DNA of 64,000 bases. It comes from Candidatus Latescibacterota bacterium (GTDB lineage: Bacteria; Latescibacterota; UBA2968; GCA-2709665). The DNA lies in NCBI GenBank assembly GCA_965226795.1, contig CBDDDZ010000004.1, positions 827,392 through 891,391 on the forward strand, given 5' to 3'. The notes under the pieces were generated by a model. That model had not been told where the DNA came from. It worked only from the letters and a program-made list of their open reading frames with translations, and did no database searches. Of this stretch, positions 28,979-39,534 are shown in pieces. The translations under genes and the position numbers were made by a program. The first letter of the stretch is position 1. Every line of letters begins with the position of its first letter.

Positions 28979-31695
28979 TGGAGCGGACGATCATGTTGAT
29001 TTGTATGGTGGTAACCCTGTTTCTTCTGCTGTTTCTGATGCCGGACCGGCTTAACGCGGAACCGGTGTTTCGGCCTCAGGTCGACCAGGGTCACGTTGCG
29101 GGCCTTGAGGAAAACCTGGCGTCCGTAATAGCGCTGTCCGAAGAAGAACTGGTACGACTGATTCCGAACCGGTCCGGTTTTCGGTTTGTGGACTGTCCGA
29201 ATTGCGAGGGAGGAGCGGAGGAGAATCAACTGTCGTGGTCGATCGAGGAACCCCACCGGGTTTTCTGCCAGTTCTGCAACATGCGGTTTCCAAACGAGAT
29301 ATACCCGGAAAACGGGGTACTTCGGGTGGCCAATCCGCGTGGCGAGGTCCAGGAGTATCCGTACTGGGAGGCGCCGTTCCCGCCGCCGGCGCAGTTGCCG
29401 GGACCGCTTTCTCATATCGAGCCCGACAAGAAGTACCGGCACTATTTCCGGGCAAAGGGATGGTACGTCGCCCGGATGTATTTTTCGGACGCGGCTTATC
29501 AACTCGGGAAGCTCTATTATCTCACGGGAAGACCGACATTCGCCCGCAGAGCGGCGCTGATTCTGGATCGCTTTGCTCAGGTTTATCCGGGGTATTGCGC
29601 CCGGTTCGACGCGCCCTTCCGGACCAAGGTGGTATTCGAGGGAGACCACACGTTTCCCTATCCGGTGTCTCCGTATCTGGCGGCAAAGTGGGATTACTGG
29701 GCGTATGGGGATATACCGTCGAACTTGATCCTCGCCTACGACCTGATTCGGGAAAGTGGCCAGATAGACGACGAGATGCAACGGCGGATTGAGGATGATC
29801 TGATTCGCGGTAGTGTCGGGTTCGTACGGTCGTATCCGATTACACTCAGCAATATGGACCCGGCGATCCTTCGGGGACTGATTTCGGCGGGGCGGGTCCT
29901 TGCCGAGCCGGCGTACGTGCACGAATCGGTACAATGGATTGGCGATCTGATCCGGAAGCAGTTTTTCGTGGATGGAATGTGGCGGGAAGGGGCCGTCTCC
30001 TATCATAATCAGACGGTGGAAGGCCTGGTGTCCGTCATGGACCTGTTGAAGGGATACAGTGATCCAAAGGGTTACTCAAATCCTGAAAGCGGCGCGCGTT
30101 ACGACAACCTGGATCTCCTGGACAGCTTCCCGTTTTTTGAAAGGGCCAGACGGATTCCGGATCTCTTGCGATATCCGAACGGGCGCCTTGTCGCGGTGCA
30201 CGATACGTGGGCCTGGCAGGAAAGGGCGCCAACGACGGAGACCGCTCCACATCTGCTGGCCGGCGTCGGACATGCCTGGCTGGGGCGGGGCAACGGCGCG
30301 TATCAGATGCAGGCGCACCTGCATTTTTCGGGCGCTTACGGACACGCCCATGCCGATTTGTTGAGCATTTCCCTGTTTTCACACGGGCAGGAGCGTCTGT
30401 CAGATATCGGCTATACCTGGACCCACCAGCGGCAGTGGGCGTCGAGTACGCTATCGCACAGCACCGTGGTCGTGAATGGCGAGGATCAGGCGCGGGGCAA
30501 TGAAAACGACCCTTCCGATGGCAACTTGCTGCTGTTTGTGCCGGGAAACAGTTGGTTTCAGGCGGTGGCTGCACAGGGCGATCGGGCGTATCCCGGGGTC
30601 GTAAGGGATTACAGACGACTGCTGGTGATGATCGGCGTCTCGGCGCAGGATGCGTACGTGGTGGATGTGTTTCGTGTTGACGGGGGAGCGCGGCACGACT
30701 ACGTGCTGGTGGGAGATGCGAATAACGATGGGTCTATCGAGACGGATCTGGATCGGTCGACCTATGGTGAGACACTGCTGCCGCCCGACGTGGAGGTCGT
30801 GTTTCCCAGCGGCGAGACCGTGCCGGGTTACGCGGAGGGACACAATTTCGTCTACGGTTACGTGCGGGACGTGAGCCGGGCTGAAGTCTCCGCGCCGTGG
30901 AACGTGGTCTTCACCAGCGAGGGCGAGCCGAAGGGTCGTATCCGTACCCACGGGGTCTCAGAGCCGGATGGGGAACTGCTCTTCGGGAGCATGCCGTCCG
31001 TTCGGCGTGCGGAAGAGAGCGAAGGCAGACTTGATGATTGCACCATGCCGGCATTGATCCATCGGCGGGAGGGGAAGGATCTCTCCAGTGTATTCGTGAA
31101 TGTGCTGGAACCGTATGGCGAAGCGCCTTTTATCCGCTCGGTGACGCGGCTGGGCAAAGATTCCGACGGCCTGGCGCTGAAAATTACAGGAGAGGATTAT
31201 ACGGACTATCTGTTCTGTAACCCGGACGGTAAACGGATGGTTGTGGGAGACATGGCGCTGGATGGCCGGATCGGGTTTGTGCGTGAGCGCGACGGTGCCG
31301 TGGAGAGGATGACCCTGGTGGGCGGGAGGCTGCTGCAAAAGGGAAACGTACACCTGTCGGGAGCGGGTATCATCAGGGGTACTGTCCTTGGCGTGTTGCG
31401 GAAGGAAAGTGGCGCCGATATGGACGGTCTGGTGGTGGACGGCAGCGTTCCCGAAGGCGATAGAATGAAGGGATTGACGGTTGTGGTTAAAGACGGTGCA
31501 GGGTTTACGCTGGGGCTCCGGTTGTCGGATGTCGTAAGACGGGACGGACGGACGGTGCTGGTGCTGGCGGACGATCCTGGATTCGAAATGGATCCGGATG
31601 GGACGAGCCGGCAAGTTTATTTCCCCCGGCGGTCCTGGGACGGAGAGAATCGATTTGAGATTATGGATGTGAGACACAGAATCGGATCGAAGTGA
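28975..31695 (+). CDS. Secreted heparinase II/III-family lyase with an N-terminal CxxC-CxxC motif
   Basis: Signal peptide; CPNC...CQFC; DGMWREGAVSYH; GHAHADLLSISLF; DIGYT; STLSHSTVVVNG. Confidence 0.85.
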   Translation: MMERTIMLICMVVTLFLLLFLMPDRLNAEPVFRPQVDQGHVAGLEENLASVIALSEEELVRLIPNRSGFRFVDCPNCEGGAEENQLSWSIEEPHRVFCQFCNMRFPNEIYPENGVLRVANPRGEVQEYPYWEAPFPPPAQLPGPLSHIEPDKKYRHYFRAKGWYVARMYFSDAAYQLGKLYYLTGRPTFARRAALILDRFAQVYPGYCARFDAPFRTKVVFEGDHTFPYPVSPYLAAKWDYWAYGDIPSNLILAYDLIRESGQIDDEMQRRIEDDLIRGSVGFVRSYPITLSNMDPAILRGLISAGRVLAEPAYVHESVQWIGDLIRKQFFVDGMWREGAVSYHNQTVEGLVSVMDLLKGYSDPKGYSNPESGARYDNLDLLDSFPFFERARRIPDLLRYPNGRLVAVHDTWAWQERAPTTETAPHLLAGVGHAWLGRGNGAYQMQAHLHFSGAYGHAHADLLSISLFSHGQERLSDIGYTWTHQRQWASSTLSHSTVVVNGEDQARGNENDPSDGNLLLFVPGNSWFQAVAAQGDRAYPGVVRDYRRLLVMIGVSAQDAYVVDVFRVDGGARHDYVLVGDANNDGSIETDLDRSTYGETLLPPDVEVVFPSGETVPGYAEGHNFVYGYVRDVSRAEVSAPWNVVFTSEGEPKGRIRTHGVSEPDGELLFGSMPSVRRAEESEGRLDDCTMPALIHRREGKDLSSVFVNVLEPYGEAPFIRSVTRLGKDSDGLALKITGEDYTDYLFCNPDGKRMVVGDMALDGRIGFVRERDGAVERMTLVGGRLLQKGNVHLSGAGIIRGTVLGVLRKESGADMDGLVVDGSVPEGDRMKGLTVVVKDGAGFTLGLRLSDVVRRDGRTVLVLADDPGFEMDPDGTSRQVYFPRRSWDGENRFEIMDVRHRIGSK

Positions 31696-31843
31696 AAAAA
31701 AAAATCGACCTGAACCGAACCTGGATTCGTCAAAGGTTGTCGAATGGACTTCGACCCGGGCAGGACGTTTTTTCAGTTAGAAACGCGATGGTGGACGAAT
31801 TCATCTCAGGGAGTTCCTACCGGAGGTTTTAAAGGTCTTTGTA

Positions 31844-33118
31844 ATGGGCGCATTCGAAATAGACGTGACTCGGAACATCCATATTTCCGCACCCACGGGT
31901 GCCGCAGTGTACGCGACGCCGACGTACGCGCGGGCATTCGGTGTGAAAATGATCGAGGACGTGCAGTATGCGGCAATGCACGTCAAACCCGATGGGGCGC
32001 CGCATTATTATGCAAAGCGGATTTACAGGAGACGTTCCCCGGATAACGGACAGACGTGGACCGACGCCGAGGAACTGCATCGGGCCGATCCTGATGACGT
32101 TTCGGAGGTACAGCGTCACGACCTGGCGACAATTCTGAATCCGGCTGATGATATCCTGATTTATCTGTATATGACTCACGAAGTGGACCTCAACGAGGGT
32201 CCGTTTACGAGGGGAAACCGGATCCAGCGGACACAGCGGACCTATTACCGGTTGTCGCACGATGGCGGTTGCACGTGGACGGGCGCACGGCAGGTAATAG
32301 ACGGACGGGAGCCGTATGACGAAACGAACTGGGCGCCCGGTGTGGTATACGGAGTGCAGGGGGCCCGCTCGAGCGGACAGTGGGTGTTTTTGCCGGATGG
32401 GACTCCGGTCATCGGGTTCGACGTCATGCAACCCGAGCAACCACCCGGTTTTCCGCCGGGGATATCGAGTTACTACATCAACACAATCTACGCACAGGCC
32501 CGTCTGGCCGCGGACAGACAGACGCTCAACTGGCGGTTCGGGGACACGATTGAGGTGGTGTACCCCAAATCGATGGTCGGATGTTGCGAAGCGGCGCTGG
32601 CCTGGTTGGGCGGCGAACGGCTGTTCAATACGATGCGGTGCCAGGGAAACGCGGCGCACGGCATTCATTCCATTCGATATACGACGATTTCTGAAGATGG
32701 AGGGATAAACTGGACGGATCCTGCACCGCTGGTCTACGAGGACGGCGGAACGGTCTGGACGCCGGCGTCACCCCATCGGTTCTTCCTGTCGTCGAAGACC
32801 GGAAGAACATACGTTCTGGCCAATATCCTCCCGGGTCCGGTTCACGGGCAGACCCCGAGGTATCCGTTGTCGATCGCCGAATTTGATACGGATCGCCTGT
32901 GCGTGTTGAGGGATACGGTACAGGTAATTCAAGATCTGCCCGAAGGCGCGCCAGAGTCCAGGCGATACACGAATTTCTCAATGTATGAAGAGCGGGGTTC
33001 CGGCGACCTGATCTTGCAGATGCCGGAGCAACCGAAAGACGTGGAATTTGAAGCGATGACCAAACCCGAGGATTTTACAGCGGACTGTATTCGGTTTCGC
33101 ATTGAAATCAGCGGATAA
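31844..33118 (+). CDS. BNR/Asp-box sialidase-like beta-propeller protein
   Basis: Asp-boxes SPDNGQTW, SHDGGCTW and SEDGGINW; RYPL motif. Confidence 0.8.
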   Translation: MGAFEIDVTRNIHISAPTGAAVYATPTYARAFGVKMIEDVQYAAMHVKPDGAPHYYAKRIYRRRSPDNGQTWTDAEELHRADPDDVSEVQRHDLATILNPADDILIYLYMTHEVDLNEGPFTRGNRIQRTQRTYYRLSHDGGCTWTGARQVIDGREPYDETNWAPGVVYGVQGARSSGQWVFLPDGTPVIGFDVMQPEQPPGFPPGISSYYINTIYAQARLAADRQTLNWRFGDTIEVVYPKSMVGCCEAALAWLGGERLFNTMRCQGNAAHGIHSIRYTTISEDGGINWTDPAPLVYEDGGTVWTPASPHRFFLSSKTGRTYVLANILPGPVHGQTPRYPLSIAEFDTDRLCVLRDTVQVIQDLPEGAPESRRYTNFSMYEERGSGDLILQMPEQPKDVEFEAMTKPEDFTADCIRFRIEISG

Positions 33119-33207
33119 CGCAGACCCTTGGGAGCAACCCCGAGGTGTCGACCGCCCACCAACGTGCGGCGCACCGCGGGTTCCGTGCAGTGACGGGGGA
33201 ATACACA

Positions 33208-35622
33208 ATGACGCGGATGGCAGACACAACGGAATTGAAGGCGCCGTTCTTGCCGGCGGAGGAGAATGAATTGAGCCGCCGGTACCTGAGGATGATCGAA
33301 AAGTGGATTCCGGTGGGCATCGAGTATTTCCGGGAATGGCCGGACCGGCCGAACTGCGGGCATTTTTTCGGCGGGTGTCACTGGTATGGAAACGAGACGG
33401 CGCCGCCCGTGGAGACATTCGCCCTGGCCAGCGTCTCGCCGGAGTACGATGAGAAAGGGGTTGGCGTATCCCGGGACGACCTTCAGCGCATGGCAATTAT
33501 GGGATTGCGCTATCTTTGTTTCACACACGACTCCGGGCCGGCGGATTGCGTGCGGCCCAGCGTGGGAATGGGCCGGCCGGAGATCTGCGGAACCAAGTGG
33601 GGGGAACGAGGATTGGGGTTCTTCAAGGAAAGCCAGTGCGGCCATGGGATCTCGGCCCTGGGGCGCGTCTGCCTGTTGCTGCGGGACCGGGTGGACGATG
33701 AAACCTGGATGATGATGGCTCGTGTCCACGCGGACTATGCCGGCAGGTTCGGGGATATGGCGCCGAAGAGCGGGATCTACGTCGACACGCAGATGGAAGA
33801 GAATGCCTGGACGTCCAACGGATTGACGTCGTGCTTCCTGTTTCTGGAACGCCACGAAAGTGCGGCTCAGTGGGAGGCCACCTGCAGACGATGGATGTAT
33901 TCCACCTGCGCGGCGCCCCAGGATGCGAAGGACCGCGGCGAGTTGAACGGCGCCACGGCGGGGGCGCTTGCAGGAAAGACGTTTACGGCGCTGCCGGATT
34001 ACTGGGCGGAAAACCACGGGATGGTGCATCCGAACTACACCGCGTCGGGCGTTCGGCCGCTCACTTCGGCGGGAGCACAATTGAAGCTGTGGGGACGGGA
34101 ACTGCCGCCGGAGGTGTTCTGGAACCGCCGCAGGGTGTATGAGAACCTTAAGGCGATGACCGACGGGTCCGGATATGCCCAGGCCGTGCAGGGGATGGAC
34201 TGGCACTATCTGCCGTCCACGGGAAGCGAGACCCCGCATTCCGCGGCGGCTGTGTTTTTTGACGACCCGGACGCCGCCGCGCTGCTGCGCAGAGGACTCC
34301 GGAACGCGGAACTGCGGCAGGATGGAAACGGGGGTCGGATGTACGACAGGGAATTCTCCATGAGGGCGCACGACCAGCAGGATCCGATGATCATGCGGGA
34401 AGTCACCATTGGCGCCATCGCGCACCAGTATCTTTTTCACCGCTTGTTCGGTCCCGGCGCGAAACCCACCCCGGAAGATGAACTGGAACGGCGATTGGCA
34501 GGCGTGCGGGAATACCCGCACGCGGGTTTCGTCCATCACCGGCATCCCAAAGGGCAGACTTCCTTTTCCTGGCGGAATTCCGTGATGGCGATGCCGCTCA
34601 CGAGAGAGGGAATCTATACGATAGCGCCCTGTTCGGATAGCTGGCTGGGCAGGCCGGTGGTGAAGGGACGGCCGGACAGCCATCGACTGAAGCAGGTGAG
34701 GGTGACCGACTATGACGACGGATTCGCCGCTGCGATGGTTATGGACCGGTGCCAGGAGTCACTGCGGCAGCAGGTGTTGTTCGCCAGTCTGCCGGATGGA
34801 CGCGCGCTTTCATTCGAACGGTTCACCGCCATGGAAGATCTGACGGTGGAATCGCTCGACCAGGGGTTCCTGCGGATCACCAATGAATATTTTCCGTTGC
34901 TCGAGCCGAACTGCAGGGGCGTTCGCGCACTGTATCGCCCCGACGGGTCAACCGACTACAGAGGCTGGCTCGGCGATCGCGAGGAGGACGATATCCAGGA
35001 TCGCCTCGGCAAGCCCGAATGGTTGAATATTGACGACCGGCTGGGCATTGTATTTTCGGGAACGGGCGACGCGACTTATCTCAATCGGCACTATTACAAA
35101 CCGTATCGCGCCATCGCGGATGATCTCACACTTTCTCGCCTGGATCAAGAAAGGGCGCTGCGGGCGGGTGAGGAAGGCGGATCCCTGGCGGCGTTGCTGA
35201 TTCCCGAGCAGGCCCACGAAGACACGGCTTCAAGTCGCCTCGACGTCCTGACCGGGCCGGACCAGAGCGCCTGCCTGGTTGCGGACGGCTTTCTCGCGGC
35301 GGCCAATTTCGACACGGAACGCAGGGTGTGTGGGTTTACCCAGGCCCGGCGGGAGGAAGTCCACGTTTATGCCGGCACTTCAGTGGACGTGAGCGAAGAT
35401 TCAGTTCGGTATGGCGTCCCGCTCAACAGCGAGAGCGCCTGTTTGCTGGCCAAGACACATTCGCTGCGTGTGAATGGAGATATACGGGTGGATACGGCGC
35501 CGGATGGCGCGATCTATGTGACAAACACCGATACGGATCATCTGGTCGTCGAGATTGCAGACGGGGAAGATGCGGGAGAGGAGCGGGCGATCGGCGCCGG
35601 GCAGACCATACGTATCGTATAG
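33208..35622 (+). CDS. Hypothetical PL8-like protein; paralog of 25104-27518
   Basis: Shares CGHFFGG.HWYG, RYLCFTHD, KWGERG.GFF.ESQCG, DTQMEENAW, ENHGMVHP.Y and GQTSFSWRN with the paralog. Confidence 0.65.
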   Translation: MTRMADTTELKAPFLPAEENELSRRYLRMIEKWIPVGIEYFREWPDRPNCGHFFGGCHWYGNETAPPVETFALASVSPEYDEKGVGVSRDDLQRMAIMGLRYLCFTHDSGPADCVRPSVGMGRPEICGTKWGERGLGFFKESQCGHGISALGRVCLLLRDRVDDETWMMMARVHADYAGRFGDMAPKSGIYVDTQMEENAWTSNGLTSCFLFLERHESAAQWEATCRRWMYSTCAAPQDAKDRGELNGATAGALAGKTFTALPDYWAENHGMVHPNYTASGVRPLTSAGAQLKLWGRELPPEVFWNRRRVYENLKAMTDGSGYAQAVQGMDWHYLPSTGSETPHSAAAVFFDDPDAAALLRRGLRNAELRQDGNGGRMYDREFSMRAHDQQDPMIMREVTIGAIAHQYLFHRLFGPGAKPTPEDELERRLAGVREYPHAGFVHHRHPKGQTSFSWRNSVMAMPLTREGIYTIAPCSDSWLGRPVVKGRPDSHRLKQVRVTDYDDGFAAAMVMDRCQESLRQQVLFASLPDGRALSFERFTAMEDLTVESLDQGFLRITNEYFPLLEPNCRGVRALYRPDGSTDYRGWLGDREEDDIQDRLGKPEWLNIDDRLGIVFSGTGDATYLNRHYYKPYRAIADDLTLSRLDQERALRAGEEGGSLAALLIPEQAHEDTASSRLDVLTGPDQSACLVADGFLAAANFDTERRVCGFTQARREEVHVYAGTSVDVSEDSVRYGVPLNSESACLLAKTHSLRVNGDIRVDTAPDGAIYVTNTDTDHLVVEIADGEDAGEERAIGAGQTIRIV

Positions 35623-35639
35623 GCAACGACCGGAAACGT

Positions 35640-35915
35640 TCGTTGCCCTTAGAAAGTCCTTCGCCGACCCTTCGACCCTTCGACACCCTTCGACAGGCTC
35701 AGGGCGAGCGCTCAGGGAGCGGCTCACGGGACGGTATAGGTGCCACAGTTCAGGATGCGGGCTCAATGACGTTCGTTACACTTGTCGAAACGAGCGGTCG
35801 AAATGTGGACGCTGCCTGTGCTGAGTTTGTCGAAGCAAGCTTGTCGAAGCGCGTTCATTGAGCTTGTCGAAATGCGCGTTTCGCTACCCGTTCGGTGCCC
35901 TTCGACAGGCCCAAT
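35640..35915. repeat. REP-like cluster (CTTCGACAGGCTCAG / CTGAGCTTGTCGAAG)
   Basis: Multiple direct and inverted copies; a related cluster lies at 39432-39526. Confidence 0.8.
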
Positions 35916-35959
35916 TTCGGCAATCTATTTCCGGGACAGAACACCAAGGAGGCATTTCC

Positions 35960-38494
35960 TTGACCGATCAATGCATGCTACAAAACAACGCCCTTTGTCT
36001 GAAATGGGAGGGTGGGGATCTGCAGGTGGAGAATCGGCTTTCGGGCACGCGCCGCTCGTTTGACTTTCCGGCATTCATGATCCGTCTGGGAGACGTGGAG
36101 ATTCCGGCCGACTGCTTTGTCCGGACCGGTATGCAGTCCGGTACGGATGAGGTGGCGTTCGACTATCGGCACGAATCGACCGGCATTCGGGTCCGGGTGC
36201 GGTACTGGATCGATGGAGACAATCCCTGGTTCAGGAAGCAATTGACGCTTCAGGCGCCGGACATTCCGAGCGCACCGACCCCGGACCGGCTCTGGGTGGA
36301 CATACAGGAACAACCTCCGCGGCCGATTCGGCGGGTCGGATACGGCGTCCGCGGCGGGCCCGACGTAGAAGAACAGATCGGGCTCGACTCCTACGCTCCC
36401 CCTGTACCGGGGTGCGGGTATCCGGTCTGGGCCGGTGACTGGTTCGCCGGTCTGGAGCATCCGGTGGGGTTTGCCGTTCCCGGAGAAAGGCTGGAACTCT
36501 TCCACCACCCTGTATGGGACAATGAGCGACGCATCGAGAGCTACACGGCGGTCTACGGCGCGGCAGAAAGCCACGAGACCGTGCGAGACGCGTTTATGGA
36601 CTATCTGTGGCAGATCCGCCTGCCCCGGCTTTCAAAACCGATTTTCCATCTTTCCGTGGGATGGTCGGTCCGTTATCTCGGAAACCGGGAGTATATCGAC
36701 TCGTTCGAGATGAATCAGGCCTATGCCGAGGCGGTGTCGGACCTGGGTCTGAAGCCGGATTCCCTGGCGTTTGACGCGGGGTGGTTCGACCGGAAGTCCA
36801 TCTACCGGCATAAGGGAGACGACGAGAATGACTCACGGCTTATCGCGTTTTCCGAAGACCTGAAACAGAAGGGGTTCTCGCTGGCATTGTGGGTGACCCA
36901 TAACGGCCCCGTGGGTTTTGACACCGATTGGATCCAGGAACAAGGATGGCGCGTGGGTGAAGGTCCCGGCTCCTATGGAAGCGGGACGTTCGTGGTGATG
37001 GCGCAGCCGTCCTTCGAAGAGGCCCTGGCGCAACGCTGGGAGCGGCTGGTGAGAGACGTGGGAACCGTGCACTTGAAAATCGATTGGGACAACGAGTGCG
37101 CCACCCATCCTGAATTCCGGGACCGTTTCCCGACATCCGATCACATGCGTGAGGCTTCGGTAAACGCGTTCAATCGGATCGATCGCCGGCTGCGGGCAAT
37201 TAATCCGGACCTGGTGACACGGAACGGGTGGTGGCCCAGCCCGTGGTGGTTATGCCTGGCGAACCACACGTGGCTGGTGCATTCGGGAGATTGTGAGTAT
37301 GCGTCGTGGCCGTCTCGCACCCAGCGCGACCGGGCCCTGACGCATCGGGACGCGGTTTACTATCAGATCATGCGCCGGGCGGAAACGCCCATCTTTTTCG
37401 ACGCGTACGACAATCACGAATTCGTGCAGGCATTGACCAACGCGTTTGCAGACCCGGACCATACGTGGCTGGACAACCTCGTGCTGGCGGCCTGCCGTGG
37501 CACCACCTATATGCCGATGCCGATAAATCCTGAAAGTTTGAGAGCGGAACGGGCTGAACAGCTTCAGGCGATGATGGACTGGATGCGGTTCAACGCGGAC
37601 CAACTTGGCACGAAGGGAACGCAAATGGTGCTGGGGAGTCCCGCCTTTGGCGAAGTCTACGGTTTCCTGCATCCGTCGGACGGAAGTGCGTGGCTCATGC
37701 TGCGAAATCCGTCCGTCGAGCCGCAGGCTGTGGACCTTCGCGTGGATTACGGGTTGGGATATGTGCCGGGCGCCATCCGACAGGTTTATCCTTTCTGGCA
37801 GGACCTGGAAGGGTCGGTGACGATGTTGGGTCACGAAGTACGGCTGCTGAAGATCTTCGCTGACAGGCAGGAGGACGTCTCTCCGATACCCGGCGCGCCG
37901 TTCATGGCGCGGCTATGCGATGGCGGGTGTGAATACCGTTTTCCAGGGGACCGGCGACTCACGGACGACGTGGGGCCGGTGGTGCATCCGGATATGCAGA
38001 TTCCCGGTCTCTCCGCCGAGGCAACGTGCGACGACCTGAACGACGGGATGCACAGGATGCAATGGTACGTCGCGGTTCCCCACCGGTTCGAGCGTCCGGA
38101 ACTGCAGGTTGTCCTGACCGGGCCGGAGAAGGTGCTGGACAGCGTGGACGTCCGCGCCGGCGGATCGCGGTACCGGGGTGTGCCCGCTCGTTACTCGTAC
38201 GTGACCCAGCGCGTCCACCGGCAGGATCGCAGCGGCCACGGCACGTCCAGGTTTCTGCCTCCCGTGGGTCCCAGAGAAAGAGATGACTATCTCTTCGCCA
38301 TTCACGACAGCGGATGGTCGTCCGTAACGGTGGATATTACGGGCGACGACCTGGAAGAACTGACAGTAAAAGCCTGGATCACGGGATACGAGGCGCCCGC
38401 CAGGCAGACGATTGTCCAGGATAGACCGCCGATGCCGGGTGCGCTGTTACCGATGCATCCGTATGGGTTTTCGAGATGTCTTGAAATCAGGTGA
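35960..38494 (+). CDS. Putative glycoside hydrolase (GH27/GH36-like TIM barrel)
   Basis: RBS AGGAGG before TTG. Motifs AFDAGW, LALW and HLKIDWDN (clan GH-D-like KxD nucleophile), plus WPSPWWL. Confidence 0.65.
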   Translation: MTDQCMLQNNALCLKWEGGDLQVENRLSGTRRSFDFPAFMIRLGDVEIPADCFVRTGMQSGTDEVAFDYRHESTGIRVRVRYWIDGDNPWFRKQLTLQAPDIPSAPTPDRLWVDIQEQPPRPIRRVGYGVRGGPDVEEQIGLDSYAPPVPGCGYPVWAGDWFAGLEHPVGFAVPGERLELFHHPVWDNERRIESYTAVYGAAESHETVRDAFMDYLWQIRLPRLSKPIFHLSVGWSVRYLGNREYIDSFEMNQAYAEAVSDLGLKPDSLAFDAGWFDRKSIYRHKGDDENDSRLIAFSEDLKQKGFSLALWVTHNGPVGFDTDWIQEQGWRVGEGPGSYGSGTFVVMAQPSFEEALAQRWERLVRDVGTVHLKIDWDNECATHPEFRDRFPTSDHMREASVNAFNRIDRRLRAINPDLVTRNGWWPSPWWLCLANHTWLVHSGDCEYASWPSRTQRDRALTHRDAVYYQIMRRAETPIFFDAYDNHEFVQALTNAFADPDHTWLDNLVLAACRGTTYMPMPINPESLRAERAEQLQAMMDWMRFNADQLGTKGTQMVLGSPAFGEVYGFLHPSDGSAWLMLRNPSVEPQAVDLRVDYGLGYVPGAIRQVYPFWQDLEGSVTMLGHEVRLLKIFADRQEDVSPIPGAPFMARLCDGGCEYRFPGDRRLTDDVGPVVHPDMQIPGLSAEATCDDLNDGMHRMQWYVAVPHRFERPELQVVLTGPEKVLDSVDVRAGGSRYRGVPARYSYVTQRVHRQDRSGHGTSRFLPPVGPRERDDYLFAIHDSGWSSVTVDITGDDLEELTVKAWITGYEAPARQTIVQDRPPMPGALLPMHPYGFSRCLEIR

Positions 38495-38546
38495 GACGGC
38501 GGACGAAAGAAGATTGCGATTGCCTATCCAAACAGGAGACTGAGAG

Positions 38547-39425
38547 ATGGCGTTGAGACACGATGCCGAACAGGACGTGTGGCACTTTGAGACGGAGCAG
38601 ATGACGGGACACATACAGCCGGACGGGGACCGGCATGGGATCAAGGCGTTGACCCATAAGCCCACCGGGGAGCAGGTGGTGCATCCGAAGTACGACCTCC
38701 TGAATCTGTTTTTCATGTTTTCACAGAATCACTGTATGGGGCAGGCCCGCGAGAACGAGCGCAGTATTACAGCCGAGGGCAATGCGATCGACGTACACTG
38801 GGCGCCGACGGACGATCACAAGGCGGAGATGACGGCCAGGTACGAAGTTGTGGAACCCAACGCGGTGGATTTGTCGATAACCGTGGCGTCCAACTGGCCG
38901 TACCCGGCTTATGAAGTGTTCCTGTCGAACTATTTCGATCTGTCGCTGAAACCGTACGTGTACGTTCAGGGCAGTCCGTTCGATATCCCGGCAGACCAGG
39001 CGCGATGGATAGCGCCGGAAGTAAACGACGTATTTGTGGGAACGGGACTGGTATTCTCGAGGGATCAACACGCGGCCAGGCGGTCTACCGACGGGCGATG
39101 GGACCGAATCTGGGGCCTCTACCAGTGGAATCCCCAGCGCTATTTCGAATTTCCGGTGATCATGAGCGCGAACCTGGAAAAGGGCATTGCGGGCGTACTG
39201 ATGTCCAGGCCCCGGGATTGTTACGCGGTGATCAGCGGGTACGAGAGTGAGAACATGAAAGATCCGTTCAGGGATCAGAACCCGCTCTACCTCTCGCTGT
39301 TCGGGGACGATTTCCGCGTTGGCGATGAACGGACCGTGGAGGTAAGGTTCGCCGTCACCGAGATCGATGAATCGATGGCCCAGCCCTTGGCGTTGTACGA
39401 GGCGTTTTTGGAAGAGAAGGGGTAG
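38547..39425 (+). CDS. Hypothetical protein, beta-rich (possibly mutarotase-like fold)
   Basis: Intact ORF with RBS, last gene of the cluster; YEVFLSNYF and YLSLFGDD. Confidence 0.7.
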   Translation: MALRHDAEQDVWHFETEQMTGHIQPDGDRHGIKALTHKPTGEQVVHPKYDLLNLFFMFSQNHCMGQARENERSITAEGNAIDVHWAPTDDHKAEMTARYEVVEPNAVDLSITVASNWPYPAYEVFLSNYFDLSLKPYVYVQGSPFDIPADQARWIAPEVNDVFVGTGLVFSRDQHAARRSTDGRWDRIWGLYQWNPQRYFEFPVIMSANLEKGIAGVLMSRPRDCYAVISGYESENMKDPFRDQNPLYLSLFGDDFRVGDERTVEVRFAVTEIDESMAQPLALYEAFLEEKG

Positions 39426-39431
39426 GTAAGT

Positions 39432-39526
39432 CGCGCTTGTCGAAACGTGGTCATTGCGTGCGTTGCCTGCGCTGAGCTTGTCGAAGCAAGCCTGTGAGCT
39501 TGTCGAAATGCGCGTTTCGTTACCCG
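39432..39526. repeat. REP-like cluster
   Basis: GCTGAGCTTGTCGAAGCAAGC...GAGCTTGTCGAAATGCGCGTTTCG matches 35815-35890. Confidence 0.8.
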
Positions 39527-39534
39527 TGAAGTTG

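Noticed and set aside
25890-34683. Long minus-strand ORFs (25890-27122, 28918-30006, 32929-34683)
   Set aside because: They are antisense to well-supported plus-strand enzymes.
35640-35915. Short repeats resembling a CRISPR array
   Set aside because: Spacing is irregular, orientation is mixed, there are no unique equal-length spacers and no cas genes; REP-like instead.
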